Below, one piece after another: positions 29,724 to 38,958 of a stretch of 64,000 nt of DNA. A program made the translations under genes and the position numbers. The stretch is from Candidatus Multivoradales bacterium. GTDB taxonomy: Bacteria > Acidobacteriota > Thermoanaerobaculia > Multivoradales > JAHEKO01. The notes beneath the pieces are model-generated. The model was not told the DNA's origin. It saw only the letters and a program-made list of their open reading frames with translations, and did no database searches. The DNA lies in the NCBI GenBank assembly GCA_965248055.1, contig CBDFIJ010000004.1, forward strand, positions 2,592,001-2,656,000. The letters run 5' to 3'. Position 1 is the first letter of the stretch. Each line of letters begins with the position of its first letter.

Positions 29724-30019
29724 CAGCTAGAGGAGTCGTCGACGGATATTTCGGCTAGGTGCCTTTGTAAGGTGGCGGTAGTCATTTCAGGAAGGTTCGT
29801 GGCGGCTTCGGCCAGAATGCGAGTTCCAGAACGGTAGAGCAGTTCCGTTTCGAGATCGAGTTCGTGCTGCTCCAGTCGAGCATTGGCGAGAATCGTGATG
29901 GCCTCCTTGAGAAAATCCAGAACCGTGGCAGCGTGGCGCTCCTGTAGCCCTCGTAGCACCATGGCATGGCGCTCGAGTGAGCCGGCTACCTCTAGTAGAC
30001 GAAGATCGCGTTTCGACAT
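29723..30019 (-). CDS. Hypothetical helical protein
   Basis: GGAG RBS before ATG 30019; stop overlaps the next start. Confidence 0.5.
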   Translation of the reverse strand: MSKRDLRLLEVAGSLERHAMVLRGLQERHAATVLDFLKEAITILANARLEQHELDLETELLYRSGTRILAEAATNLPEMTTATLQRHLAEISVDDSSS

Positions 30020-30224
30020 AAGTATTCTCCATCTTATCGAACAACAGGGGCCACCCCTGTGAGAAGCGACAAGGATTACTTTTCCTCCGAGGACTGTCCG
30101 ATCCGAAGGGTGGCTCATACTGGACACTATCCGGAGCCCCTCGAAGTCAAATGATTTGCGGGTCCCGGATGGGACTTCCAAGTAAACCGATGATTTCAGC
30201 CATACTTGGATGATGGAGCCTCAA

Positions 30225-30854
30225 GAGGATAGCCGTCTACGTTCGCGTATCAACCACGCGCCAGGACCTGAGGGGCCAAGAGCCTGAGCTCAAATCTTGG
30301 GTAGAGCAGAACGCGGGCAACGTGCCCGTGCGTTGGTACCGCGACAAGCACACCGGCCGATCTATGGACAGACCAGCCCTCAACAAGCTGGAGCGATCCA
30401 TTGAGGCGGAAAGGTGGGTGCGGTAGCCGTGTGGCGCAACGACCACATGGGAAGGCGCTCGCGGCAGATGCTCACCTTTCTTGAGCGTCTTGACGATCTG
30501 AACGTGGATTACTACTGACTACGCGATGGCGGTCTATTCGCGGACAGGACAGCTTCGGCTCGGATGTTTCGGCACATGCTAATAGGCATGGCTGAGTACG
30601 AGAGCGAACTCATCTCTGAGCGCACCCGGGCGGCGCTTGCCGCCAAGCGTGCGAGGGGAGAGAAGTGGGGCGGTCGGAAGAAGGGCGACAGGTCTAAGCT
30701 TGACGACGTGATGCTCAAGATCATTGAGGCAATGCTCGCCGCCAAAATTCCGAAGACGCAGATTGCTAAGAGGTTAGGGATTTCGAGGGGTTCGGTCTAT
30801 GAAGCGATAAAACTGTTTTCAGTTTGCCAAAGCGGCCCGATTCGCAGAGGGTGA
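30225..30854 (+). pseudogene. Resolvase/invertase-type serine recombinase pseudogene
   Basis: RIAVYVRVST...DRPAL, frameshift near 30410, VWRNDHMGR, in-frame TGA near 30515, AEYESELISERT, C-terminal HTH. Confidence 0.85.
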
Positions 30855-30866
30855 CCAAGGTCTTTT

Positions 30867-31415
30867 GTGACGAGACTCCATCGTTTCGTGGTCATCTCAG
30901 GAGTGCCAGGGTGTGGAAAGACGACAATAGGGCATGCGCTTGCCGATCACCTCGCCATACCTCACCTGGATAAGGACGCGATCCTGGAGTCTCTTTTTGA
31001 TGGAGTTGAGTGTTCAGACGAAGCGACCCGCCATCAACTCAGTAGGGAGGCTGATCGAGAATTTGAGACCATTGCGCAGAGCTATTCCTCGGCAATTCTG
31101 GACTCCTTCTGGCGGCATCCCTCAGCCGAAGTGAGTTCAGGTACTCCGTCCGCCTGGCTTCCCGCTCCCGAGATTTACTCGGTGGAGGTCTACTGCAGGT
31201 GTGCTCCCGAGATTTCTGCGAGCCGTTTCCTAGAGCGGGGGCGCCATAATGGACACCTCGATTTCAGATGGAATCAAGTTTTCCTAGTCGTGCAGTTGCG
31301 AGATCTCGCGCGAACTTTCCCCCTCGGAGTTGGCTCATTTCAGATTGAAGTGGACACGACGGACGACGTCGACACAATACTGCTTGCGGAACAGGTACGA
31401 ATTCCATTGGGTTAA
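30867..31415 (+). CDS. P-loop kinase (AAA_33-like)
   Basis: ISGVPGCGKTT, HLDKDAILESL. Confidence 0.8.
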   Translation: MTRLHRFVVISGVPGCGKTTIGHALADHLAIPHLDKDAILESLFDGVECSDEATRHQLSREADREFETIAQSYSSAILDSFWRHPSAEVSSGTPSAWLPAPEIYSVEVYCRCAPEISASRFLERGRHNGHLDFRWNQVFLVVQLRDLARTFPLGVGSFQIEVDTTDDVDTILLAEQVRIPLG

Positions 31416-31502
31416 AGATGGAGGGTGTCGCTCTCGCCGAACCAAGGTTCTAGTGGCGCACAATTGAGCAAGCCATCAGAACAGCTAGAAACGGCTCGCG
31501 GT

Positions 31503-31735
31503 TGGTGATCTACGACCCCGACTACCGCGGCAAGATCTCTGCTGATACCCATCCAATCGCCACTGACTACAGCGCCTTTGAAGGCTGGTAGATCGAAGGC
31601 CGGCCGAGCGTGGTGACGGTGCGGGGGGAGGTCGCGGTGCGGGACGGCGAGTTTGTGGGAACCGTGGGTCGGGGGCAGAGGGTTCGTCGAGAACCGAATC
31701 ATTGATGGTACCCATTTTCTTGAAGATGGTGAACG
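31503..31735 (+). pseudogene. Diverged duplicate of the hydA 3' end (matches 27937-28165)
   Basis: Direct alignment by eye; mostly third-position changes; CAG>TAG at 31589-31591; identical GAGGGTTCGTCGAGAACCGAATCATTGATGGTACCCA. Confidence 0.92.
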
Positions 31736-31802
31736 CTTATCGGACTTCTTGAGACCGCGCTCCCGCCCGTCCAAGAAGACAGAAAGGTCTCCACAAACAT
31801 AC

Positions 31803-31916
31803 AAGGGGAGGGGTTTATCCCTTCCCGCCATTGGTGGGTTCCCCAATCGTAATCTCGGCGGGGGTAGCTCAATACCTCGTCATCCCGGCGGTGGGGAGGG
31901 AGGGGGGCCGGGATCT
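31803..31916. repeat. REP-like palindromes, same families as at 18.3-18.5 kb
   Basis: AAGGGGAGGGGTTTATCCCTTCCCGC (31803-31828) and GTCATCCCGGCGGTGGG...GGGCCGGGATCT (31879-31916). Confidence 0.65.
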
Positions 31917-32204
31917 TCGACCTGAATGAGAAAGATCCCCGACCTCCAAACCGCCACCCCAAGCCCCCTTTTCCTTCGCGTTGGGGAGGCTCTGCGGGAT
32001 GGCCGTGTTGGGCTAGCCAGTGACCACTGACCAGCGCTTCCAGTGAAAGCGTTTCTTCTTGGCCAGTTTTTCCAGTTTGCGGCGCAGGTCAGTGATCTCT
32101 TGCTGGTAGTCGCGGTCGCGCGCATTAACCCCACCAGCTAGTTCGTAGGACTGCCGTATGAAGCACACGGGCAGGGGCAACCAACCCTCGGCTCACCGCC
32201 TACT

Positions 32205-33026
32205 TCATTTCGACGATGACTCAGTCGTTTTCGTCTCCCGATCGCTCGACAAAAATTCGAATCCTGCTGGGTAGGTTTGCATCACCGCTTGAATCGAAAC
32301 CATGCAGGATTTTGTATAGAAGTCGGTGAAGGTGGAGCGAGCGTAGACCAGTTCTTCGTAGAAGTCGGAGAACGAGGATCTGCCAGAAAGCATCATCTGC
32401 ACGAATTCTCCCTTTTCTGTAAGGGGCAGGACACCTTCGAAGGCTCCTAACGTACGTTCGGTCAAGTGGAGCAACATTTTCAGGTCTTCCCGTTGTGCTT
32501 CCAGAACCGATTCAACACTGTCAAAACGACTCGCGGCCATAGGGTCCGTATCGGGATCTAATACTTGCTTCCCAAGGTCGGAGTAGCGTGCACCGTCGCG
32601 TTGTGAAATTCGCTGGAACGGTTGCGCTTCTTGGTAGAGTTTCCGAGTCGTCTCGTCAAAGACCTTGAGAGTCGGCTCGCTTTTGAGCGTTTTCAGCAAC
32701 TCGTCGTAGAGGTTTAAGGCACGCTTCATGGCAGGCACGGATTCACTCAGATGGGAGAATGCGAGTCGAAACGAACCAGCGTCGGCGCCACCGTGGAACT
32801 CAGCTATGTTGCCACGTTCCATAAATCGGTTGCCTTCGACCTGACGACCCACAATGTCATCGAACAATGTGTCGGTCAGCAGGAAGCTTTTCTCTAACCA
32901 GTCGATCGTGACCAAACTGTCACGATATGGAACATGTCAGGCGGGGGCGTGAGCTACCGCCGGAACGCTCAAGAGAGTCGTTCCAACCAGGCATACGATT
33001 GCGATTCTCCTAATTTGGCGCATCAT
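32205..33026 (-). CDS. Secreted helical protein with in-frame TGA at codon 30; candidate selenoprotein (273 aa)
   Basis: AAGGAG RBS, ATG overlapping the upstream stop, signal peptide ending AVA, TGA at 32939-32937 in frame with the 236-aa ORF, hairpin immediately downstream. Confidence 0.7.
32905..32926 (-). promoter_or_regulatory. Candidate bacterial SECIS element
   Basis: ATCGTGAC-AGTTTG-GTCACGAT: perfect 8-bp stem, with 18 nt between the UGA and a loop that has G at position 2 followed by U. Confidence 0.62.
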
Positions 33027-34528
33027 CGAACTCCTTTGCCGCCAGCCCCATTTTCTCGACTATCCAGGGCGGAGGTTGATTCAACTACAAGTGACGCCAA
33101 AAATTGTAACACAGCGCCCTGGTCGGCGATAGAGAGCGCGTCAAACGCGTTGCGTGCGGCACGAGCCTCGCCGGAGTGGTGCAGAATCGCCTCGCGCAGA
33201 GTGGTCAGGTTGCCACGATGCCCGTATGGACTGCTGCTACCCACGTGCCACAGAGGAGTTGTGAGGAACATATCGGTCGCGACGTTGTCCTGCCGCAGCC
33301 TTTCGTTGCAAAAGAACGGATCCTGGTCGTCGCAGATCCGGTGGCGCTTAAGGTCGGTGAAAGCTCGAACTACGGCGCCGTCTTCACCCAGCGGTTCTAG
33401 GCGATTGCCGAACCCCTCATAGCGTAGGTCAAAGTCGAATGTTGAGGCGACATGTTCAGGACGAAGATTCCCGGGTCGGTTGTGGGGATTGGGCTCACTA
33501 AAGATGGCCGATTCAAGGTGGAGTTCCGGGATATGGCATTTCGCGCAACCAGTTCTTGAAAACGTATGCTCACCAGCAGCCAGCGCAGCGGACTCTGCTT
33601 CGGTTGCAGGCTTTCGAGTGGGAATGGACAAAGCGGCCTGAAATAGAGTGATCGCTGTGATGTCTCCGATCGTCAACTCTTCGGAGACACCGTCTTCGTC
33701 AAAGTCCTGCTGACCGGTGCGCGGCCAGCCGAAGCGCTCGATGGCTTGCATTCCATGGTGGTGGTTCATGGCGTTGATGGTGAATTCTCGTAGGGAAATG
33801 ACCACCCCCTTGAAACTGAATGGTTTGATGACGAGATCGGGATCAATACCTTCAATATGCCGAGCGTCAACGGTACCGTCGGGACGACCAATTAAGCGAC
33901 CGAAAGAGACACCCTTTGCTGTCAGTGGTACCTCTATGTCATGACCGGCGCCAGCGGCCGCCTTCAGTACCTGCTTCTTGACCGCCAGGAGGTCGCGGGT
34001 CATTTCCCTCGCCAGCAACTCGATGGCCCCGGATCCCATTAAACCCGGCGTGTTTCGTTCATTGGATTCTTGGCTGGACACGGACGTTGTTACCGGGTCG
34101 CGAAACTGCGCTAGGACGAATGCGTTGGCAACGGAATCACCACTGCCACCCGGGGACGGCTGGTTGTGACAGCCAGCGCAAGAATTGCTGTCCGGACCGG
34201 ATGTTCTGATCACGGCCGGTGCTCCCGGGTTACGTTTGGTGGGCTTGCTATCGCCGGTGGCCATAGGCCTACCAAAGCCATCTGCGACCGTAAACCGGGC
34301 GACGAACACGTTGTGCCCATGATGCACTAGGTCGGACAACGAGAACGCGCCGCGATCAATATCCTCCTGCTCGATGTGATTGTGGAGGCCGCGTTCCACG
34401 TATTGTTCGACTTCTGCTTTTGCGGCAGGAAATGTCGAGATAGCTATCACCATTGCTGCTCCGACAATTCGTAGCAACAGTAACCAACTGTTCTCTTGAG
34501 CCGATAACGGCGTTCGCGTTCCTAACAT
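33023..34528 (-). CDS. Di-haem oxidoreductase (DHOR / putative peroxidase family), exported
   Basis: Signal-like N-terminus, CAGCH and CAKCH, RNTPGLMGSGAIE, FTDLKRH, TTPLWHVG...YGHRG...LREAILHHSGEA. Confidence 0.85.
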   Translation of the reverse strand: MLGTRTPLSAQENSWLLLLRIVGAAMVIAISTFPAAKAEVEQYVERGLHNHIEQEDIDRGAFSLSDLVHHGHNVFVARFTVADGFGRPMATGDSKPTKRNPGAPAVIRTSGPDSNSCAGCHNQPSPGGSGDSVANAFVLAQFRDPVTTSVSSQESNERNTPGLMGSGAIELLAREMTRDLLAVKKQVLKAAAGAGHDIEVPLTAKGVSFGRLIGRPDGTVDARHIEGIDPDLVIKPFSFKGVVISLREFTINAMNHHHGMQAIERFGWPRTGQQDFDEDGVSEELTIGDITAITLFQAALSIPTRKPATEAESAALAAGEHTFSRTGCAKCHIPELHLESAIFSEPNPHNRPGNLRPEHVASTFDFDLRYEGFGNRLEPLGEDGAVVRAFTDLKRHRICDDQDPFFCNERLRQDNVATDMFLTTPLWHVGSSSPYGHRGNLTTLREAILHHSGEARAARNAFDALSIADQGAVLQFLASLVVESTSALDSRENGAGGKGVR

Positions 34529-34640
34529 CAGATCAGAAACAAGTTTGTCATACTGAGGTTCCTCAGCATCGAGACGGATAAACGACCCTACTTGGCAGGG
34601 TGGAGTTTGTGCTGACTGTAAGCCTTAGGTCGTGGGAGAG

Positions 34641-36503
34641 CTACGTGCTCGGGGCTGGCGAGGACCGGGCCACCGGGTAGAGCAGATACTCGCTGTCGTA
34701 GTAGGGCGTCTGGCGATAGAACCACATCAGACGTGCCGCGGGGTCGGCGGCGAAGTCGGGGTCTGCGGTGAGCTTGGCCTCGAAGGCTTGGCGTAGGTCG
34801 TCGTCGGTCCTGAGCATCTCAGTGGCAGTGGCTTCCAGCACGTCATCGTCGTAGTACTCGGTACGGGTGAGGATCTCCAAGAAAAACCCCCATTGAAAGA
34901 AGGAATCTGGAGCCTGGGGTTCTAGGAGCAAGATCGCTAGGTCGCCCAGCGGCTGGTCGGTAGCGACCTTGAATGAACCTGGGCCGAAGGTCCGGGTGTG
35001 AACCTCGACCTCAGGTGTTCCCGGGTCGACCCGAGCGTGTCCCTCAAAGGGATTGCTGGCTCCCACCACTGATGGACTGTCGGCGTCGGCGAGTCGTGCT
35101 TGGGGGAGTCGAAGCATCGCAACTCCGACGGTGGTTGGTTGCTCGATCGCTTCTACTTCAATCCCATGGTGCTGCAGTCGCCTGGCGATGTCCGCCCAAG
35201 CGGCGGGGATGTAATAAGCGTCAGGTCGCGTGACAGACAACGCCGGTTGATCCATGTTGATCCGTTGGACACGCTGGGTTTCCGGTTCCCCCAACCAATC
35301 GATAATTTCGCCTCCGGTGATTGCAGACAATCGAACCTGAGACTTGATGGCGGCGAACTCCAACTCTTCGCCAGAGCCTGTGCCGGAGGTGAACGCCAAC
35401 GGCACGGTGTCGTTCCTAATGGCTCGATCCTCGGTGGTGGCCTGCTGCAGGCCAGTTGCCTCGGCGGCCAACACGCGCAGTACACCGCGCAGAAACACAT
35501 AAGTGCCGAGGACTCTTTGATCGTAGGGTTTGAGCGAGTGGTTCTCGACCAGGATCGTCGCCAAATGGCGAGCGTCTCCGTAGCCATTGGAAAACCGTAG
35601 ACCAGCAGTCCAACCCCAGAATCCGTCGTTGAGATCTTTTTGGTTGACCGAGAGCACCAGCGGTCCGGGAATGTGCCCTGCATGATCGAGTTCACTGTCG
35701 AGAAACGGGCGCAGCTTGCCGTTCAACCAAGAACGAATCCCGGGTGACCAACCGCCGACGTTCCAGCCGTAGGTAATGTCGTACTGATAGTCCTCGCCGT
35801 TGGTGACGTGAACGTCGATGTAAAGGTCGGGCTGATAGTCATTGATCGCTTGCACCATGGCGCGAATCTCGGGCGTATCGAGTTTGGCGTAGTCGCGGTT
35901 GAGATTGAGGTTGCGACGGTTGCTGCGCCATCCCATCTCCTCCGGTCCGCGTTGATTGAAACGATTGGTGGCGGAAAATCGCTCGTGTCCGTCGACCGAG
36001 AGGATCGGAATAAACAGAAAATTGACTTGGTCCAGCAGCCGCTCGGTGTCCTTACCACCCACGGTCAGGTCGCGCAGCAGCATCAGGCCGGCGTCTTTAC
36101 CGTCGATCTCTCCAGCGTGAATACCAGCTTGTACCAGCACCGTGGGGCGGCCGTTGGCCCGGACAGCCTCAGGAGTGGAAGCGCCACCGGCTGCGATCAG
36201 CATCCAGATGTCGCGTTGCTGGTCGCTCTTGCCTAGCGAGACCATCGACAGATTGGGCGCGGCGTCGGTTAAGCGCTGGGCGAACGCTACGGTTTCGGCA
36301 TAGTGCGGCGTGGTGGTGAGACCAGAGGCTTCGGCCGGGGTGATCCAGGGATCCGTGTCTGTGACGATCAGGCTTCGAGTTTCGCCTGACCATTCTGGGG
36401 CTGGCGGCAGGACTGAGCGGATACTGGATGACGGGTCGCCGGATGCGCTTGCTGACCCCAGGACGCCAAGAAAAACGGCTGCGAGCAGTCCCGCAGCCGT
36501 CAA
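34641..36503 (-). CDS. M14 zinc carboxypeptidase, secreted (start approximate)
   Basis: GIHAGEIDG, NLNLNRD, IDVHVTNG; signal peptide ending ASA; the longer ORF-track start overlaps another gene. Confidence 0.88.
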   Translation of the reverse strand: MTAAGLLAAVFLGVLGSASASGDPSSSIRSVLPPAPEWSGETRSLIVTDTDPWITPAEASGLTTTPHYAETVAFAQRLTDAAPNLSMVSLGKSDQQRDIWMLIAAGGASTPEAVRANGRPTVLVQAGIHAGEIDGKDAGLMLLRDLTVGGKDTERLLDQVNFLFIPILSVDGHERFSATNRFNQRGPEEMGWRSNRRNLNLNRDYAKLDTPEIRAMVQAINDYQPDLYIDVHVTNGEDYQYDITYGWNVGGWSPGIRSWLNGKLRPFLDSELDHAGHIPGPLVLSVNQKDLNDGFWGWTAGLRFSNGYGDARHLATILVENHSLKPYDQRVLGTYVFLRGVLRVLAAEATGLQQATTEDRAIRNDTVPLAFTSGTGSGEELEFAAIKSQVRLSAITGGEIIDWLGEPETQRVQRINMDQPALSVTRPDAYYIPAAWADIARRLQHHGIEVEAIEQPTTVGVAMLRLPQARLADADSPSVVGASNPFEGHARVDPGTPEVEVHTRTFGPGSFKVATDQPLGDLAILLLEPQAPDSFFQWGFFLEILTRTEYYDDDVLEATATEMLRTDDDLRQAFEAKLTADPDFAADPAARLMWFYRQTPYYDSEYLLYPVARSSPAPST

Positions 36504-36523
36504 GAATTGCGATCGGATGAAAC

Positions 36524-36727
36524 CTAGACGAAACGAGACCAGAAGAAACCTAGCACCCCGAGTCCGACCATCGCCGCGCCGACCATGGCAAAGGTCAAGA
36601 AGGCGGCGGGATGAATCCATCCTAGGGTGATCATCTGTACCAGGATGCCGACCGCGACCAAGATTGCCGAGGTGCGAACAATTTCCCTGCCTTTGGGCGA
36701 CAAAATAGCTACCGGTCGTTCGCTCAT
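36524..36727 (-). CDS. Small two-TM membrane protein coupled to NapC/NirT cytochrome
   Basis: ATGA overlap with the upstream gene; two hydrophobic helices. Confidence 0.65.
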   Translation of the reverse strand: MSERPVAILSPKGREIVRTSAILVAVGILVQMITLGWIHPAAFLTFAMVGAAMVGLGVLGFFWSRFV

Positions 36728-37338
36728 TGGGCACTCTCCAACGATCCTGCGGTCCAAAGGTCAAAGTCTTCGATCTCATCCACATCATGGATCAGATCAT
36801 GACAGTCCAGGCAACTTGTTTCACCTGACGCCAGCGCATCCGCTTCGCCGATGTGGTCTTCGCCTTCCTCAAACGATCGCGCCCCCTGATGGCAGTACAA
36901 GCATTCGCGATTGCTGTAGGGGTCGTAGAGTTCGATTTTTTCCGGTGGGGTCCCGAGGTAGTGCATCCAAACGTGCATGAGCCCCTTCATCTTGGCTTGC
37001 AGGTCACCGTACATCGCGTAGGAGGTGTGGCAGGTGTAGCAGGCATGGTCCTGGTCGACCAAGTGATTTTGGTAGTGGACAGCGGGCAGGTAGTCGCTGT
37101 CGTCGATCAGCAGGCTCTTTCCGTAGTCGCCCATCTCATGGCACGACAGACAGAAGTGGGTCGATTTGGACTGCTCCAAGTGGGCTCCGGTGTTGAGGGC
37201 GGTGACCACGATGGGCAGCGCGAACAAGGCGAAAAACCCCAGGATGGCGCCGCGTCGACCTACCGAGAAATTGGGCTTAATCGCCAGGCCCAGTGCGGCG
37301 AGACCGGCGACAGCTCCGAGGAGAAGCAGAAGCTTCAT
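36724..37338 (-). CDS. NapC/NirT-family membrane tetrahaem cytochrome c
   Basis: TM anchor; CLSCHEM, CYTCH, CLYCH, CLDCH. Confidence 0.9.
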   Translation of the reverse strand: MKLLLLLGAVAGLAALGLAIKPNFSVGRRGAILGFFALFALPIVVTALNTGAHLEQSKSTHFCLSCHEMGDYGKSLLIDDSDYLPAVHYQNHLVDQDHACYTCHTSYAMYGDLQAKMKGLMHVWMHYLGTPPEKIELYDPYSNRECLYCHQGARSFEEGEDHIGEADALASGETSCLDCHDLIHDVDEIEDFDLWTAGSLESAQ

Positions 37339-37346
37339 CGAGCGAC

Positions 37347-37730
37347 CTAGCTTCCGTCCTCTGGGGCGGCTTCGAGCGAGCCGACCCAGGCCAGGATCTT
37401 GGCTAGATCCTCCTCGCTACCCTCCCAGGTTTTCTTGTGTTCGGTGCCATCTTCCTTGACCTCTTCCTTGCGTAGAAACTTGGTCAAGGTGGTCACATCG
37501 TCAGTGGTAAAGCCACCGAGATCGGTACTCTTCATTTTCTCCGAGGTTGCTTCCAAGTCGGCGCTGGCGACGCTGTGGCAGCGCACGCATTTGTAGGTTT
37601 CAACGAATAGTTCCTGCGCGGCTTCGGCGTCCACTTCGCCCGCGGTGATCGCTGGGGCGATTGCCATGAGCAGCGCGGCAATAGCTCCCGCAAGGGCCAA
37701 GGTCAGGTGAATACACTGGGTTGGTTTCAT
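37347..37730 (-). CDS. Monohaem cytochrome c, exported
   Basis: AGGAG RBS, signal peptide, one CVRCH, distal His candidate in EHKK. Confidence 0.85.
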   Translation of the reverse strand: MKPTQCIHLTLALAGAIAALLMAIAPAITAGEVDAEAAQELFVETYKCVRCHSVASADLEATSEKMKSTDLGGFTTDDVTTLTKFLRKEEVKEDGTEHKKTWEGSEEDLAKILAWVGSLEAAPEDGS

Positions 37731-38022
37731 CGTGTGCTCCTGGTCCATTACCGCGACGTGGCAGGAATCTCTCCGTGGCACCAGTGTTTTATTTCTGCCA
37801 ACAACATGAGTTTACCCGATATAGGTTGTTGTTGTTGCTGGATGATCGGTGGCTTAAGCCGCGAAGAGGAGCCGTGGCGGATGGAAAAGGGCTAGTTGGG
37901 TGCTTAATTAGGCGAATCACATGATAGAGTCGGCTTTAGGTTGGGCTGAATGCCAACGGAGTGAAAACTCCGCCGGTGATGTATCCACAACCCCTGTTTT
38001 GTTGAGAAATGGGAGGTTCAAC

Positions 38023-38949
38023 ATGCGCTGGAAAATCTTGCTGGTTGCCGCAGTCGTCACGGTCGTAACACCGTGGGTCGCGAGGTCTGCCGAAACCGAG
38101 AATCCGGATCCGCAGACTGCGATGGAAGTCTGCGGAGATTGTCACGAAGAGTATGTCCAGGCGGCCCACTTGGGTCCTCATTCGATCTTTGAGGGATCAA
38201 AATGGAGTCTGTCTGAGGCCGGTGTTGAAGCGAACGTAGGCTGCGAAGCTTGCCATGGAGACGCAACCCAGCATTTGGAAGACGAGGGCGGTGAGGGGAC
38301 CATGTTCACTTTTGCCGATGCTCTCCCCACCGAGGCAGCGTGCTTAACCTGTCACCGGGGTAGCCACCCGCGTTTTGTTGGTTCACCGCATTCGCAGGCA
38401 GGAATGTCGTGCACCAGTTGTCACTCAATTCACAGCGCCAACCCGGCGGGACCTCCTTTGCTGCAGGCAGTGGAAGTGGCAGCGCAGTTAGCCAATGTGG
38501 GCGGCAGTTCCGCCACCTGCTACGGATGCCATCAGGAAGCATTTGTCGAGTTTGAATTCAATGAGCGGCATCGTCTGCACGAAGGGACGTTGGAGTGCAC
38601 GTCGTGTCACAACCCCCACGCTCCAGCACCCCGGGCGATGTTGACCAGTACCGCCAAAGAACCTTGTGTTAGTTGCCATGCCGACAAAGAAGGCCCGTTC
38701 ATTTTTGAGCACGGTTCGGTGGTAGTGGAGGGCTGTACCGCCTGCCATTCACCACACGGGTCGCCCAATCGCCACATGCTGGCGAGTCAAGATGGTGGCG
38801 AGCTTTGTTTCAGTTGTCACGCTGCGGTGCCGCAGTTTCACGCTGGTTTCAATCCAGCGGCTCCGCCTAGATTTGATACCACGACCAACTGCGTCAACTG
38901 TCATTCCGCAATTCACGGATCGAACTTCGATCCTTATTTCTTGCAGTAG
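38023..38949 (+). CDS. DmsE/MtrA/MtoA-family decahaem cytochrome c
   Basis: GGAGG RBS, signal peptide, ten CxxCH motifs, GPFIFEH, C-terminal CVNCHSAIHGSN. Confidence 0.93.
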   Translation: MRWKILLVAAVVTVVTPWVARSAETENPDPQTAMEVCGDCHEEYVQAAHLGPHSIFEGSKWSLSEAGVEANVGCEACHGDATQHLEDEGGEGTMFTFADALPTEAACLTCHRGSHPRFVGSPHSQAGMSCTSCHSIHSANPAGPPLLQAVEVAAQLANVGGSSATCYGCHQEAFVEFEFNERHRLHEGTLECTSCHNPHAPAPRAMLTSTAKEPCVSCHADKEGPFIFEHGSVVVEGCTACHSPHGSPNRHMLASQDGGELCFSCHAAVPQFHAGFNPAAPPRFDTTTNCVNCHSAIHGSNFDPYFLQ

Positions 38950-38958
38950 GAGGGCACA

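Noticed and set aside
30505-30525. In-frame TGA in the resolvase as selenocysteine
   Set aside because: The gene also has frameshifts, the position is not catalytic, and no comparable hairpin follows; ordinary decay.
36504-36788. N-terminal extension of the M14 peptidase in the ORF track
   Set aside because: It overlaps two better-supported genes; the signal peptide begins near 36503.
37780-38000. FNR/CRP/Rex site in the cytochrome intergenic region
   Set aside because: GGTGATGTATCCACA has the wrong spacing; only a weak CAACAACA...TGTTGTTG inverted repeat is visible.
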